NCBI RefSeq assembly: GCF_000039765.1
Contig: NC_004460.2
Span: forward strand, 1,080,001-1,112,000
Length of the DNA stretch: 32,000 bases
Origin: Vibrio vulnificus CMCP6
GTDB taxonomy: Bacteria; Pseudomonadota; Gammaproteobacteria; Enterobacterales; Vibrionaceae
Reading direction: 5' to 3'
Below are positions 16,038 to 26,797 of this stretch, piece after piece. The translations under genes and the position numbers were made by a program. Position 1 is the first letter of the stretch. Each line of letters starts with the position of its first letter. A model generated the notes under the pieces. The model saw only the letters and a program-made list of their open reading frames with translations. It was not told the origin of the DNA and did no database searches.

Positions 16038-18194
16038 ATGACAGCAAGTAAAGGGAAGTTCCCTCTATCAACCATGGCACTTGCGATTATCGCCGCAAGT
16101 ACTGCACTGACTGCCCAAGCACAAGAAACCTCAACCAACGACAAAATGGTGGTGGTTTCAAGCCGCACTCCAAAAGCGATCAGCGATATTCCTGGTACGG
16201 TTTGGTATATCGAGTCCGACAAAATTGAACAAGAATACCGCGGTGGTAAGACTCTTGGCGATATTCTGGCATCGGCAATTCCGTCTCTGGACGTCAGCAG
16301 TGGCGCTCGCACCAACCTAGGCCAAAACCTACGTGGGCGTAAGATGTTGGTAATGATTGACGGCGTTTCTCTGCAATCTTCACGCTCCATCAGCCGTCAT
16401 CTTGATTCCATCGATCCATTCAACGTTGATCGTATCGAAGTGTTGTCGGGTTCCACTTCCATCTATGGCGCAGGCGCCTCGGGTGGTGTCATCAACATCA
16501 TCACCAAAAAAGCGCACAGCGAAGAGCTTGAGTTTGAATCGTATGTGGGCGGGACTTCTGGCTTTAACTCCGGCGAAGATTTTGACTACAAAGTGGCTCA
16601 GTCTATTTCTGGCGGCAATGAAAAGGTTCAAGCACGCACCTCTGTGGTTTACACCGAAACACAAGGTTTCTTTGATGCTAACGGCACCATTGTGACACCG
16701 GATATCTCACAAGGCTCACTGCAGTTTAACCAAACCGTCGATTTCTTAACCACGGTTGGCGTTGACGTGTCAGAGACGAAAAAGCTGAACTTTCTAGCGC
16801 AATACTATGATAGCCAGCAAGATTCGCCATATGGCCTGTACATTGTCGGCAGAGACTTTGTTGATGTGCGTAAAGGCTTTGAATCTGACCGTGAGCACGG
16901 CACCAAGCGCATTATGCTAAGCGCCTCTTATGCTGATGCACAGTTTCTTGGCCAGCAGCTCATCGCAGAAGCCTCGTACCGCAAAGAAGACCAAACTTAC
17001 ACACCTTATTATCAATCTTCTGGCCAACAGATTACCGACGTGATCTCGCTAAAAGCGGCACTGGCAAAAAGCTTCGACAAGCTCAACATTGTCTATGGCA
17101 TCGATGCCTACCAAGACAAGCTCGACAGCAATCAAGCGCTTTACGATCCCACCATCGCTAACAATTCCGGCAATTTGGTGAACAAGACTTACGCCCAAGT
17201 GGGCCGTTATCCTGGCGTGGAAGTGAGTTCGGTGGCGGCTTTTGCTCAAGTCGATTACGCCATCACCGACGAATGGAGCGTTGAAGGCGGTGTTCGCTAC
17301 CAATACATGTTGAACAAGATCGATGACTTCGTGGGTTACAACCAACAGAAGAAAATCGCCGCAGGCAGTGGCACCTCAGCCGATGCGGTACCCGGCGGAG
17401 AAACAGATTACAGCGTTGCACTGTTCAATTTGGGGACGATCTACCACCTCAACCGCGACTCACAAGTTTGGGCTAACTTCTCGCAAGGTTTTGATCTAGC
17501 CGATCCAGCCAAGTACTACGGGCAGGGTAATTACACGCTTGTTGGCGATCACTGGCAACTGAACGACAGCATCAATGTCAATCAGTCAAAAATGTCAGGG
17601 ATTAAGACCAACAGCGTCGAGTTGGGCTACCGCCTAGAGAGTGGCGATGTGAATCTGCAAACTGCGGCATACTACTCGCAATCCGACAAGAACATTAAGT
17701 ACAACAAGACCACCTTGCTGATTGAAGAAATCGAAGACAAAAAACGAGTCTACGGTTTAGAAGCGATGCTCTCTTACTGGATTCATGACAACATTCAGTT
17801 GGGTGCTTCTGGTCACTATGTGGTCTCTGAAGTGAAAGTGGACAAGGGCTGGGAAGATTACGATGCGGGCTACGCTAGCACGTCGAAGGCCAACGCTTGG
17901 GCCGGTTGGAGCGATGCCAATCTCAACGTTAAACTGCAAAGCCAAACCATGTTTGACTACGAAGATGCGTCCAACAACAAGCTCAACGGCTACACCCTGT
18001 TTGATCTTGTGGGCAGCTATCAGCTTCCTGTCGGTAGCTTAGGTTTTGGCATTCAGAACCTGTTGGATAAAGACTACACCACCGCTTGGGGTCAACGCGC
18101 ACAGCTGATTTACTCAGCACACTATGAATCCGCCGCTTACGACTACAAAGGCCGTGGCCGTACATACACGCTCAATTACCAAGTGAAGTTCTAA
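16038..18194 (+). CDS. iutA: TonB-dependent ferric aerobactin-type receptor
   Basis: Signal peptide ending AQAQE, TonB box DKMVVVS, a plug and 22-strand barrel, and terminal ...YTLNYQVKF. There are long collinear blocks shared with E. coli IutA as I recall it (LDSIDPFN..IEV, VRYQY...KIDDF.GY, TSADA.PGG, GSYQLPVG.L.F.I.NL.D.DYTT.WGQRA, YDYKGRGRT). Start ATG 16038; the ORF-track start at 16017 is TTG. Confidence 0.85.
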   Translation: MTASKGKFPLSTMALAIIAASTALTAQAQETSTNDKMVVVSSRTPKAISDIPGTVWYIESDKIEQEYRGGKTLGDILASAIPSLDVSSGARTNLGQNLRGRKMLVMIDGVSLQSSRSISRHLDSIDPFNVDRIEVLSGSTSIYGAGASGGVINIITKKAHSEELEFESYVGGTSGFNSGEDFDYKVAQSISGGNEKVQARTSVVYTETQGFFDANGTIVTPDISQGSLQFNQTVDFLTTVGVDVSETKKLNFLAQYYDSQQDSPYGLYIVGRDFVDVRKGFESDREHGTKRIMLSASYADAQFLGQQLIAEASYRKEDQTYTPYYQSSGQQITDVISLKAALAKSFDKLNIVYGIDAYQDKLDSNQALYDPTIANNSGNLVNKTYAQVGRYPGVEVSSVAAFAQVDYAITDEWSVEGGVRYQYMLNKIDDFVGYNQQKKIAAGSGTSADAVPGGETDYSVALFNLGTIYHLNRDSQVWANFSQGFDLADPAKYYGQGNYTLVGDHWQLNDSINVNQSKMSGIKTNSVELGYRLESGDVNLQTAAYYSQSDKNIKYNKTTLLIEEIEDKKRVYGLEAMLSYWIHDNIQLGASGHYVVSEVKVDKGWEDYDAGYASTSKANAWAGWSDANLNVKLQSQTMFDYEDASNNKLNGYTLFDLVGSYQLPVGSLGFGIQNLLDKDYTTAWGQRAQLIYSAHYESAAYDYKGRGRTYTLNYQVKF

Positions 18195-18221
18195 GATATG
18201 TAGGTTTTAGGTTTAAAGATG

Positions 18222-18248
18222 GAACCGCTCTCGATGGGCGGTTTTTTG
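18222..18248 (+). terminator. Rho-independent terminator of iutA
   Basis: AACCGC(TC)-loop-(G)GGCGGTT stem followed by a T6 run. Confidence 0.8.
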
Positions 18249-18383
18249 TCTCCGCCACCGCGAAATATCTGCAGGATTAACCTACCGAAACAGATTACGC
18301 TTAACTCAACGCTTCTAAGAAATGCGAGCGCTTTGATGGGTTCGAAGTTGTTCAAAGCCTCTCCCCTCACAAAATTTACAGTG

Positions 18384-18410
18384 TAAAAAAGGGCACTGTT
18401 TCCAGTGCCC
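18384..18410 (-). terminator. Rho-independent terminator of the aga operon
   Basis: GGGCACTG-TTTC-CAGTGCCC hairpin followed on the minus strand by TTTTTT. It lies 47 nt downstream of the kbaY stop. Confidence 0.8.
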
Positions 18411-18456
18411 GACTAATACCAAATTAGGGGGAAGTATTAGTAAAGTGAAACGGTAA

Positions 18457-20484
<2,028 letters not shown>

Positions 20485-20495
<11 letters not shown>

Positions 20496-20940
20496 CTTCT
20501 TCTACCACTGCACTCGGTTGTGTGGCGGCTTGTTGCGCTTTCAGTGCCATTTCCGCCGCTAAAGAGGTGATGCCACGATGGCCACATTCCACCGCCATCT
20601 CACGAAACGCGGTTAAGGTCAGCTCGTCGCGCTCAAGCAACATTTCGGCGGCCATTTGCATGTTGGTGCCCGTCACGACTTCGATATCATCGCGCTCTTG
20701 GCTCAGCAAGGAAGCGGTACGAAATGGTGTGCCGCCCAGTAAATCGGTGAGAAAAACAATGCCATCACCGCTGTCGATTTCCTCAATCGCTTGGCGCATG
20801 GCCACTTCCAACTGAGGCGTGGTCATCTGCTCTGGGAAATCGAGGAATCGAAACTGCTCTTGCTCGCCAATCACTTGTGCAATGGCTTGAGCGATGCCAG
20901 AGGCAAACCCGCCGTGACCCGATAAAATTACCGCTATCAT
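20485..20940 (-). CDS. agaF: PTS mannose-family EIIA component (GalNAc/GalN)
   Basis: 151 aa. MIAVILSGHGGFASG carries the EIIA-Man phospho-His region. Confidence 0.85.
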
Positions 20941-20955
20941 ATTTGGTTCCTTCTT

Positions 20956-20981
20956 GGGGCTGGCGTACCAGCCCCGTTTTT
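20956..20981. other. GC-rich intercistronic hairpin between the IID and IIA genes
   Basis: GGGGCTGG-CGTA-CCAGCCCC. The T5 run lies on the plus (antisense) side only, so in the sense direction it is a stable stem-loop rather than a canonical terminator. Confidence 0.5.
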
Positions 20982-21020
20982 ACTGCGTTATCTTTCGTTG
21001 TTGTTGCGATGTATCCGCGC

Positions 21021-21905
21021 TTATAGGAAGCCCATAAAGCGACCCACGACACCCAATGTCACCGTGATGGCAATCAGTTTGAGTGGGCTCCAACCACGTT
21101 TCACCAATGCGTACATCGCCAAGGTGTAAAGCAGTGGTAGGAAGGCTGGCATTAGCTTGTCGATCACATCGGCTTGCAGTTTCACCACGGCGTCACCGGC
21201 GGTAATTTCTGCGGTGGTTGAGAGGCGAACGTAAGTGGCCACCAGCGCACCAATCACCGTCATACCCACCATGGAAGCAGCGTGACCCACTTTCTTGGTG
21301 TTGGCTTTGATCATCGGAATCGCCGCCACACCCATGCGGTAGGCGTAGTGCGCCAAACCGAAGCGCAAACCAAAATGCACCACGTTAAACAAGACGAAGA
21401 AGAACACCGCGCCCATGATGGAGCCTTGTAGCGCAAGGTCCGCGCCGATACCGCCACAAATTGGCAGCAGGGTTAACCAGAACATCGCATCGCCGATCCC
21501 GCCCATTGGCGCGCCCACGGCAATTTTGGTGCTCTGAATACTGTTGATGTTTTGTTTTGAACGCTCCATCGCCAGTACGATGCCCATCACGAAGGTGACA
21601 AGGAACGGGTGAGTGTTGAAGAAGCCCATGTGCCCTTGCATCGCTTTGGAGAGATCGGCCTTGTTGGTGTGAATTTTCTTCAACGCTGGCAACAAGCCGT
21701 AAAGCCAACCAGACGCTTGCATACGTTCAAAGTTGAACGAGGCTTGCAGTAGCAAAGAGCGCCACGCCATGCGGTTGATGTCTGCTTTCGTCAACTCAGC
21801 GCCAATCTCTTTGTTCTCATATTCGTCCGCCGCCACGCCGGGAGCCGGTCTTACGTCTGGATTCACGTTGTCCAGATCCATTTGTTTGATTACGTTAGAT
21901 TCCAT
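21021..21905 (-). CDS. PTS mannose-family EIID component (GalNAc/GalN)
   Basis: The ...SFNFERMQASGW... motif and TM pattern match ManZ/AgaD/AgaE. Start ATG 21905 overlaps the IIC stop by 11 nt. Confidence 0.85.
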   Translation of the reverse strand: MESNVIKQMDLDNVNPDVRPAPGVAADEYENKEIGAELTKADINRMAWRSLLLQASFNFERMQASGWLYGLLPALKKIHTNKADLSKAMQGHMGFFNTHPFLVTFVMGIVLAMERSKQNINSIQSTKIAVGAPMGGIGDAMFWLTLLPICGGIGADLALQGSIMGAVFFFVLFNVVHFGLRFGLAHYAYRMGVAAIPMIKANTKKVGHAASMVGMTVIGALVATYVRLSTTAEITAGDAVVKLQADVIDKLMPAFLPLLYTLAMYALVKRGWSPLKLIAITVTLGVVGRFMGFL

Positions 21906-22671
21906 CTTCAAGATCCTCAGCAGGGGCAGTCACAGGAGTCGGTTCTGATTTGCGCATAAAGTCGATAATCGCCATGGCCGTGGCCGCAGAAGCGATCGCC
22001 AAGATAGGCAGCTCAAGCCAAGCGGCAGCAACAAAACCTAAGATGAAGTAAGGGATGTAGGCATTCTTCATCATGATTTTCATCAGTACCGCGAAACCGA
22101 TAGCGGGCATGATGCCACCTGCCACACCTAGGCCATCAATCAGCTCTTTCGGTAGGGCAGAAACCATGGTGCCTGCGTGTTCTGCACCAAGATAGATAGG
22201 TAAAAATGCGCACAGGAAGTAGAAGGTGCCAAGCACAGCAAGCGCGAAGTAGTTAACGCGTTCAATGCCATCGGTGTCGGCGTTTTGTGCGTATTCGTCA
22301 CACTTCGACATCACGGCAGACATCGCAGAGAAGAGCAACGTGATGCCCATTTGCACCGCAACGGCGAACGGTACCGCCACGCCAACCGCCACGTTCGGTT
22401 CCACTTTGGTGGTGATGGCAAAAGTGGTGCCCACAATCGTACCGATGATAACGTTTGGTGGCTGCGCACCCGCTAAAGGCGCCAAGCCCATCCAGATCAG
22501 TTCTAGCGTACCGCCCACCAAAATACCGGTTTGCAGATCGCCCAAGATCAGACCAACGAGAGGACCCAAAACCACAGGTCGGTGGAAGTGAGTCAAGCCA
22601 TTGAAGAGGTCAAGACCGGCCAGAAAGGCCAGTATGCCTAGCAACAATGCCTGTAAGAGTCCTATTTCCAT
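21895..22671 (-). CDS. PTS mannose-family EIIC component (GalNAc/GalN)
   Basis: Polytopic membrane protein of ManY/AgaC/AgaW type. Start ATG 22671 has an AAGGA RBS after the IIB stop; the ORF-track start is over-extended. Confidence 0.85.
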   Translation of the reverse strand: MEIGLLQALLLGILAFLAGLDLFNGLTHFHRPVVLGPLVGLILGDLQTGILVGGTLELIWMGLAPLAGAQPPNVIIGTIVGTTFAITTKVEPNVAVGVAVPFAVAVQMGITLLFSAMSAVMSKCDEYAQNADTDGIERVNYFALAVLGTFYFLCAFLPIYLGAEHAGTMVSALPKELIDGLGVAGGIMPAIGFAVLMKIMMKNAYIPYFILGFVAAAWLELPILAIASAATAMAIIDFMRKSEPTPVTAPAEDLEDGI

Positions 22672-22687
22672 GATAGATGTCCTTTTA

Positions 22688-23161
22688 TCAGAGTAGAGTA
22701 AAGAGATCGGTTGCACTTTCTGTTGGGACGCCCTGAATGGAGCAGCGCACGCCTAGTGCTTTTAGTTGTTGAAAATCCGCCACGTCTTCGGCATCGACCG
22801 AAACCGTTTTAGAAATCTGTTTTTTACCGTCGGCGTAATGCATGTTGCCGACGTTGATGTTTTGGATCGGCACGCCCCCTTCCACCAACTGGCGAAAATC
22901 TTTCGGTGTACGGCACACCAACAAAATGCGTTGGCGATCGGCCGCTTTGTGGATGGTGTCGATGGTTTTCTGCACCGTCCAAAAACGGATGGCAATGCCA
23001 TCAGCTAACACCATCTCCATCAGATTCTGTTGAATGGTGTCTTGAGCAACGTCATCGTTCACCACCACCACGATATTGGCATCAGCAAACCCGACCCATT
23101 GCACGCCGACTTGGCCATGGACTAAACGTTCATCAATACGACTGAGTACGATATTTGGCAT
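22688..23161 (-). CDS. PTS mannose-family EIIB component (GalNAc/GalN)
   Basis: MPNIVLSRIDERLVHGQ carries the EIIB-Man phospho-His motif. 157 aa from ATG 23161 (AAGGAAA RBS). Confidence 0.85.
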   Translation of the reverse strand: MPNIVLSRIDERLVHGQVGVQWVGFADANIVVVVNDDVAQDTIQQNLMEMVLADGIAIRFWTVQKTIDTIHKAADRQRILLVCRTPKDFRQLVEGGVPIQNINVGNMHYADGKKQISKTVSVDAEDVADFQQLKALGVRCSIQGVPTESATDLFTLL

Positions 23162-23172
23162 GTTCAATTTCC

Positions 23173-24348
23173 TTATAGATTCGAAGTAGATGGTTGTGGA
23201 CGATTGGTGTGAAACGGGTAAATGGTGACCCCTTGAACCACGCGGTTCACTTCCCCTGTTGGGCATGGATTGTCAGGGCCAAAGCCAAGCTGGAGCGATT
23301 TTTCAAACGCCAGCATTTGGCAAAATAGGATGTATGGGAAACAGAGCCAGCGGTCGCCAAGGCCGAGCTGCCCTAACTCGAAGACGTGTTCTTCACTCAA
23401 CGGTTTTTCCGTTAAGGCCACGTGGCGCAGGGCTTGGTTGTCGCGGCGAATTTCGCGCAGCAGATCCAAGTCATACTGGCGGGTGTAGTCATCACTGGAC
23501 AGCAGTTGAACCACCAGCGCTTTGTCATTAATGGTGAATTTTGGCCCATGGCGGAAACCCAGCGAGGAATCAAACGCGGTCATCACTTTGCCTGCGCTCA
23601 ATTCGAGAGATTTGAGCGAAGCTTCGCGCGCCAAACCCGCAAAACCGCCACTGCCAAGTACGATAAGCCGTTCATACGGCAGCGCGGCTAGCTGTTTGAC
23701 CGCTTCTGGCCATTGCGTCAATTTGCTTTCGCACAAAGCCGCCGTCGCGAACATGGCCTCCGCTGAGAATTCACCAAGCAAGGCTAACGTCGACATCAAC
23801 ATGCAGCTAAAGCTCGATGTCATGGCAAAGCTCTTGTCGTTTGAGCCCTCGGGCATCAACACACACAGCGCATTGCTGGCTTGCTGAGCATAGCGAGAGA
23901 GTGCGCCTTCGCCATTGCAGGTCAAAAACAGGTGGTAAGCCTCGTCGACTAACTGATCAACCAGTTTAACGGCCGCCACGCTCTCTGGGCTGTTACCAGA
24001 GCGCGCATAAGAGACCAGTAACGTCGGGCGAGTGGGATCCAAATATTGTTCAGGGTTGGAAACCAAATCCGTCGTTGGAATCGACGCCACTTGAAAACGC
24101 AGATCGGCTTGAATAAACGGCAGCGCCGCATCCCCGACAAACGCAGACGTGCCCGCGCCTGTCAAAATAATGCGTAGATCTTGGCGTGCCAGCAACGGCG
24201 CAAGAAACGCTTCAATGCTTGGCGCTTGCTGCTGCAGAATCTCCGCCAATGCACGCCAAAGTGCGGGCTGATGGCTGATCTCTTGCGCGGTATGAATGCC
24301 GTTGTGCGCTTCAAGCCAAGTGGATGAATAGCCTAAAAAAGTCGTCAT
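23173..24348 (-). CDS. agaS: Galactosamine-6-phosphate deaminase/isomerase (tandem SIS domains)
   Basis: 391 aa from ATG 24348, which overlaps the agaZ stop (TAATG). Two SIS-domain halves (...ILTGAGTS..., ...VLGSGG...). Confidence 0.85.
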   Translation of the reverse strand: MTTFLGYSSTWLEAHNGIHTAQEISHQPALWRALAEILQQQAPSIEAFLAPLLARQDLRIILTGAGTSAFVGDAALPFIQADLRFQVASIPTTDLVSNPEQYLDPTRPTLLVSYARSGNSPESVAAVKLVDQLVDEAYHLFLTCNGEGALSRYAQQASNALCVLMPEGSNDKSFAMTSSFSCMLMSTLALLGEFSAEAMFATAALCESKLTQWPEAVKQLAALPYERLIVLGSGGFAGLAREASLKSLELSAGKVMTAFDSSLGFRHGPKFTINDKALVVQLLSSDDYTRQYDLDLLREIRRDNQALRHVALTEKPLSEEHVFELGQLGLGDRWLCFPYILFCQMLAFEKSLQLGFGPDNPCPTGEVNRVVQGVTIYPFHTNRPQPSTSNL

Positions 24349-25655
24349 TAGATGGTCTCCTTGCATACCGCTGCATTGTGGTAACACGCGTCGGAATAGA
24401 GCTGCGTGACCTCCATAATTTTGTGAATGATGATGTCAGCGGGATGGTTACAAATCTGGTTCTGGGCAATGGCTCGTGCCTGCGCTGGCAAATATTGGCT
24501 CAGCAGCGTTGTCGGCAGAGGCTGGGAAATAAGGTGCGTAAACATCGCTTGTTGCGCCGCTTGCACCGCTGGGTGTGTCCAGTAGTAGCGAATGCGGTCG
24601 CTCAAGCTGTAATTGCAATCAAGAAACTGTTGATGGCCTTGGCTTTGATAATGAGAACGCCAATAGTTGGGCTGTTCATGCATCACTTGTTCAATGGTGT
24701 CACGTAGGTGTGAGGCCTGATGAACACCCAGCCACTCTTTTTCAGCGCGATCGAGGGCAAATAGCGCTTCACGCAGTGCAAACGTTAATGCTGGGCCCAC
24801 CTTCAAAATCGCAAAGTGATCACGAACAAGCTCATGATAAGCCGCCGGATTTTGGTAATCGGTCGAGTGTGCTTCAAACACCAAATGCGGCTGAGTGTCG
24901 ATCAGCTGGCTCAGGGCTTGTGCTTGATCACTTTGATAGTGATGCACATGGTGGTGATCAAACTCCACCCCTGGCTGCACCACCAAACCAATCACGCGAG
25001 GCCACACGTAGCCCAGCCCTAAATCACTGAACGCTTGGTGATGCGCGTCAAGCGTCGCCAAAGCTTGCTCTGGTTTGGTCACTTGCAACTCATGTTCTTG
25101 CAGCGATTCCAACGCGCCGCCCGGAGTTGGCACTTCCGTCCCCACAACATACAAAGGCGCTTCGCCCCCACGCGCTTGCCACGCTTGCTCGGCGACTAAA
25201 CAGAGCTGCGCAGCGCGCTCGGCCATCACTTGCTCACTGAGGGGAATGGCATCGCCTTCACACGCCATGGAGCAATCGAGGTGAATTTTGTTAAAACCCG
25301 CCATCACGTAATCGTGAATCAGTTGTGCGGAGTACTCCATCGCTTGTCTTGCGGGTAAATGCTGCCAACAGTTTGGACCAAGATGATCCCCACCCAGCAC
25401 CAAACGCGCTTTCGGGAAATTCAAACGCTCCGCTAAGGTCATTACATAGTCGGCAAACACTTGTGGTGTCATCCCGGTGTAGCCGCCAAACTGGTTTACT
25501 TGGTTTGAGGTTGCTTCAATCAGCACCAACTGACCATCACGCGCCGCTTGTTTGATCGCCGCTTCCAACACCAAAGGGTGTGCGGAACACACTGAGTAAA
25601 TGCCCTTCGCGTGGCCTTGTTTGTGTTGCTGAATTAAAGAAAGTAGCGTTTTCAT
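24348..25655 (-). CDS. agaZ: Tagatose-bisphosphate aldolase non-catalytic subunit / tagatose-6-P kinase-like (AgaZ/KbaZ/GatZ family)
   Basis: 435 aa with an N-terminus (...GIYSVCSAHPLVLEAA...) typical of the GatZ/KbaZ family. Its AGGA RBS overlaps the agaR stop. Confidence 0.85.
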   Translation of the reverse strand: MKTLLSLIQQHKQGHAKGIYSVCSAHPLVLEAAIKQAARDGQLVLIEATSNQVNQFGGYTGMTPQVFADYVMTLAERLNFPKARLVLGGDHLGPNCWQHLPARQAMEYSAQLIHDYVMAGFNKIHLDCSMACEGDAIPLSEQVMAERAAQLCLVAEQAWQARGGEAPLYVVGTEVPTPGGALESLQEHELQVTKPEQALATLDAHHQAFSDLGLGYVWPRVIGLVVQPGVEFDHHHVHHYQSDQAQALSQLIDTQPHLVFEAHSTDYQNPAAYHELVRDHFAILKVGPALTFALREALFALDRAEKEWLGVHQASHLRDTIEQVMHEQPNYWRSHYQSQGHQQFLDCNYSLSDRIRYYWTHPAVQAAQQAMFTHLISQPLPTTLLSQYLPAQARAIAQNQICNHPADIIIHKIMEVTQLYSDACYHNAAVCKETI

Positions 25656-25663
25656 GTTTGGTC

Positions 25664-26452
25664 CTAGTTCAACTTACGGTTTGGCGCCATTTGGTCGGCG
25701 AGAATCACTTCAACCCCCATCGCTAGAAGCGCTTCATGGGTGGCATGAGGAATGTGGCTGTCCGTCACCAGCACATCGATTTGGTTGGCAGCGCGGATCA
25801 TGCAAAAGCTTTTGCGGCCAAATTTGCTCGAGTCGGTCACTGCAATCACTTGTCTCGCCACATCGCACATCGCGCGGTTCACTTGCGCTTCGTGGTTGTC
25901 CGGCGTGGTAATGCCCGCTTGCAGATCAAAGCCATCCACACCTAAAAACAATTTGTCGAACAGGTAAGTGCGGATCTGCTGCTCACCGTGATGCCCTGTC
26001 AGCGAGCAAGAAGCACGGCGCAGACTGCCGCCAATGACGTGCAGTTCCACGTTGTCGTTGTGACTCAGTTGGTACGCGGTGTTGAGGGCATTGGTCATCA
26101 CCACCAATTTTTTCTGGGTAAGGTGCTGAGGCATCAAAGCGATGGTGGAGCCGGAGTCCAAAATGATCGCCTCACCATCCCCGATCAGTTGCGCGGCGGC
26201 ATAAGCAATCATCTGTTTGATATCGCGATTGATTTGATCTTTGCGATAAAGCGGCTGGTCGAAAGCAAAGTTGGGATTGAGATTGGCGCCACCATAACAG
26301 CGGAAAACGCATCCCTCTTTTTCCAAGAGATTGAGATCATGACGGATGGTGACTGCCGACACATTAAACGCCAAAGCAAAATCGTCGACTTTGCCACTGC
26401 CGTGTTGTCGGATGTGAGACATAATTCGTTGTCTACGCTCTGCACTGGTCAT
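25664..26452 (-). CDS. agaR: DeoR-family repressor of the aga operon
   Basis: N-terminal DeoR HTH (...VDDFALAFNVSAVTIRHDLNLLEKEG...) plus a C-terminal sugar-phosphate sensor domain. It sits 8 nt upstream of agaZ on the same strand. ATG 26452 is preferred over GTG 26455. Confidence 0.85.
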   Translation of the reverse strand: MTSAERRQRIMSHIRQHGSGKVDDFALAFNVSAVTIRHDLNLLEKEGCVFRCYGGANLNPNFAFDQPLYRKDQINRDIKQMIAYAAAQLIGDGEAIILDSGSTIALMPQHLTQKKLVVMTNALNTAYQLSHNDNVELHVIGGSLRRASCSLTGHHGEQQIRTYLFDKLFLGVDGFDLQAGITTPDNHEAQVNRAMCDVARQVIAVTDSSKFGRKSFCMIRAANQIDVLVTDSHIPHATHEALLAMGVEVILADQMAPNRKLN

Positions 26453-26462
26453 CACTTACTCG

Positions 26463-26693
26463 CCTTTCGTTACCTTTCACTTTCCATCAGAAAGCTTTCG
26501 CTCTCTTTTCGTTGTTATTAAAACAGGGCTAAAAAATGAAAAGTGAAAGGGAGATCACAGTGGGTAACCTTTCGTTTTTAGGTCAAAAAACCTTTCGTTT
26601 CACGCAAAGTGAAAGGTTTTACTTTCACTCAAACGGCAGAAAAACCCACCAAACGTAAGGAAAATAAGAAAAACGGAGAAATGAAAGTGAAAG
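26463..26693. promoter_or_regulatory. Array of CTTTC-core AgaR-type operator repeats (both orientations), aga operon control region
   Basis: CCTTTCGTT at 26463, 26568 and 26591. CTTTTCGTT at 26505 and CTTTCGCT at 26495. CTTTCACTTTC at 26474. Its reverse-complement forms are GAAAAGTGAAAG at 26538, CAAAGTGAAAG at 26605 and GAAAGTGAAAG at 26683. CTTTCACTC at 26622. There is also an 8-bp inverted repeat AACCTTTC(26589)...GAAAGGTT(26611). Confidence 0.7.
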
Positions 26694-26764
26694 AGAGAGG
26701 ATTGGTCAAAATAGCGGCAGGATTTCACATCGAGACCTGCGTAAGATCACACTTTGTGAAATTG

Positions 26765-26797
26765 AGAGAAAAATAGACCTGCTTTAAAGCAGGTCTA
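26765..26797 (-). terminator. Rho-independent terminator of the second DeoR gene
   Basis: TAGACCTGC-TTTAAA-GCAGGTCTA (26774-26797) includes the stop codon and is followed on the minus strand by TTTTTCTCTC. Confidence 0.75.

Noticed and set aside
25988-26521. 177-aa plus-strand ORF antisense to agaR that runs into the operator region
   Set aside because: It is a mirror frame of the DeoR gene with no RBS. Its 3' part is simply the CTTTC repeat array read as protein.
26543-26559. CRP-like site GTGA-N8-TCAC in the aga control region
   Set aside because: The spacing is wrong for CRP (TGTGA-N6-TCACA), and the left half is part of a CTTTCAC operator word.
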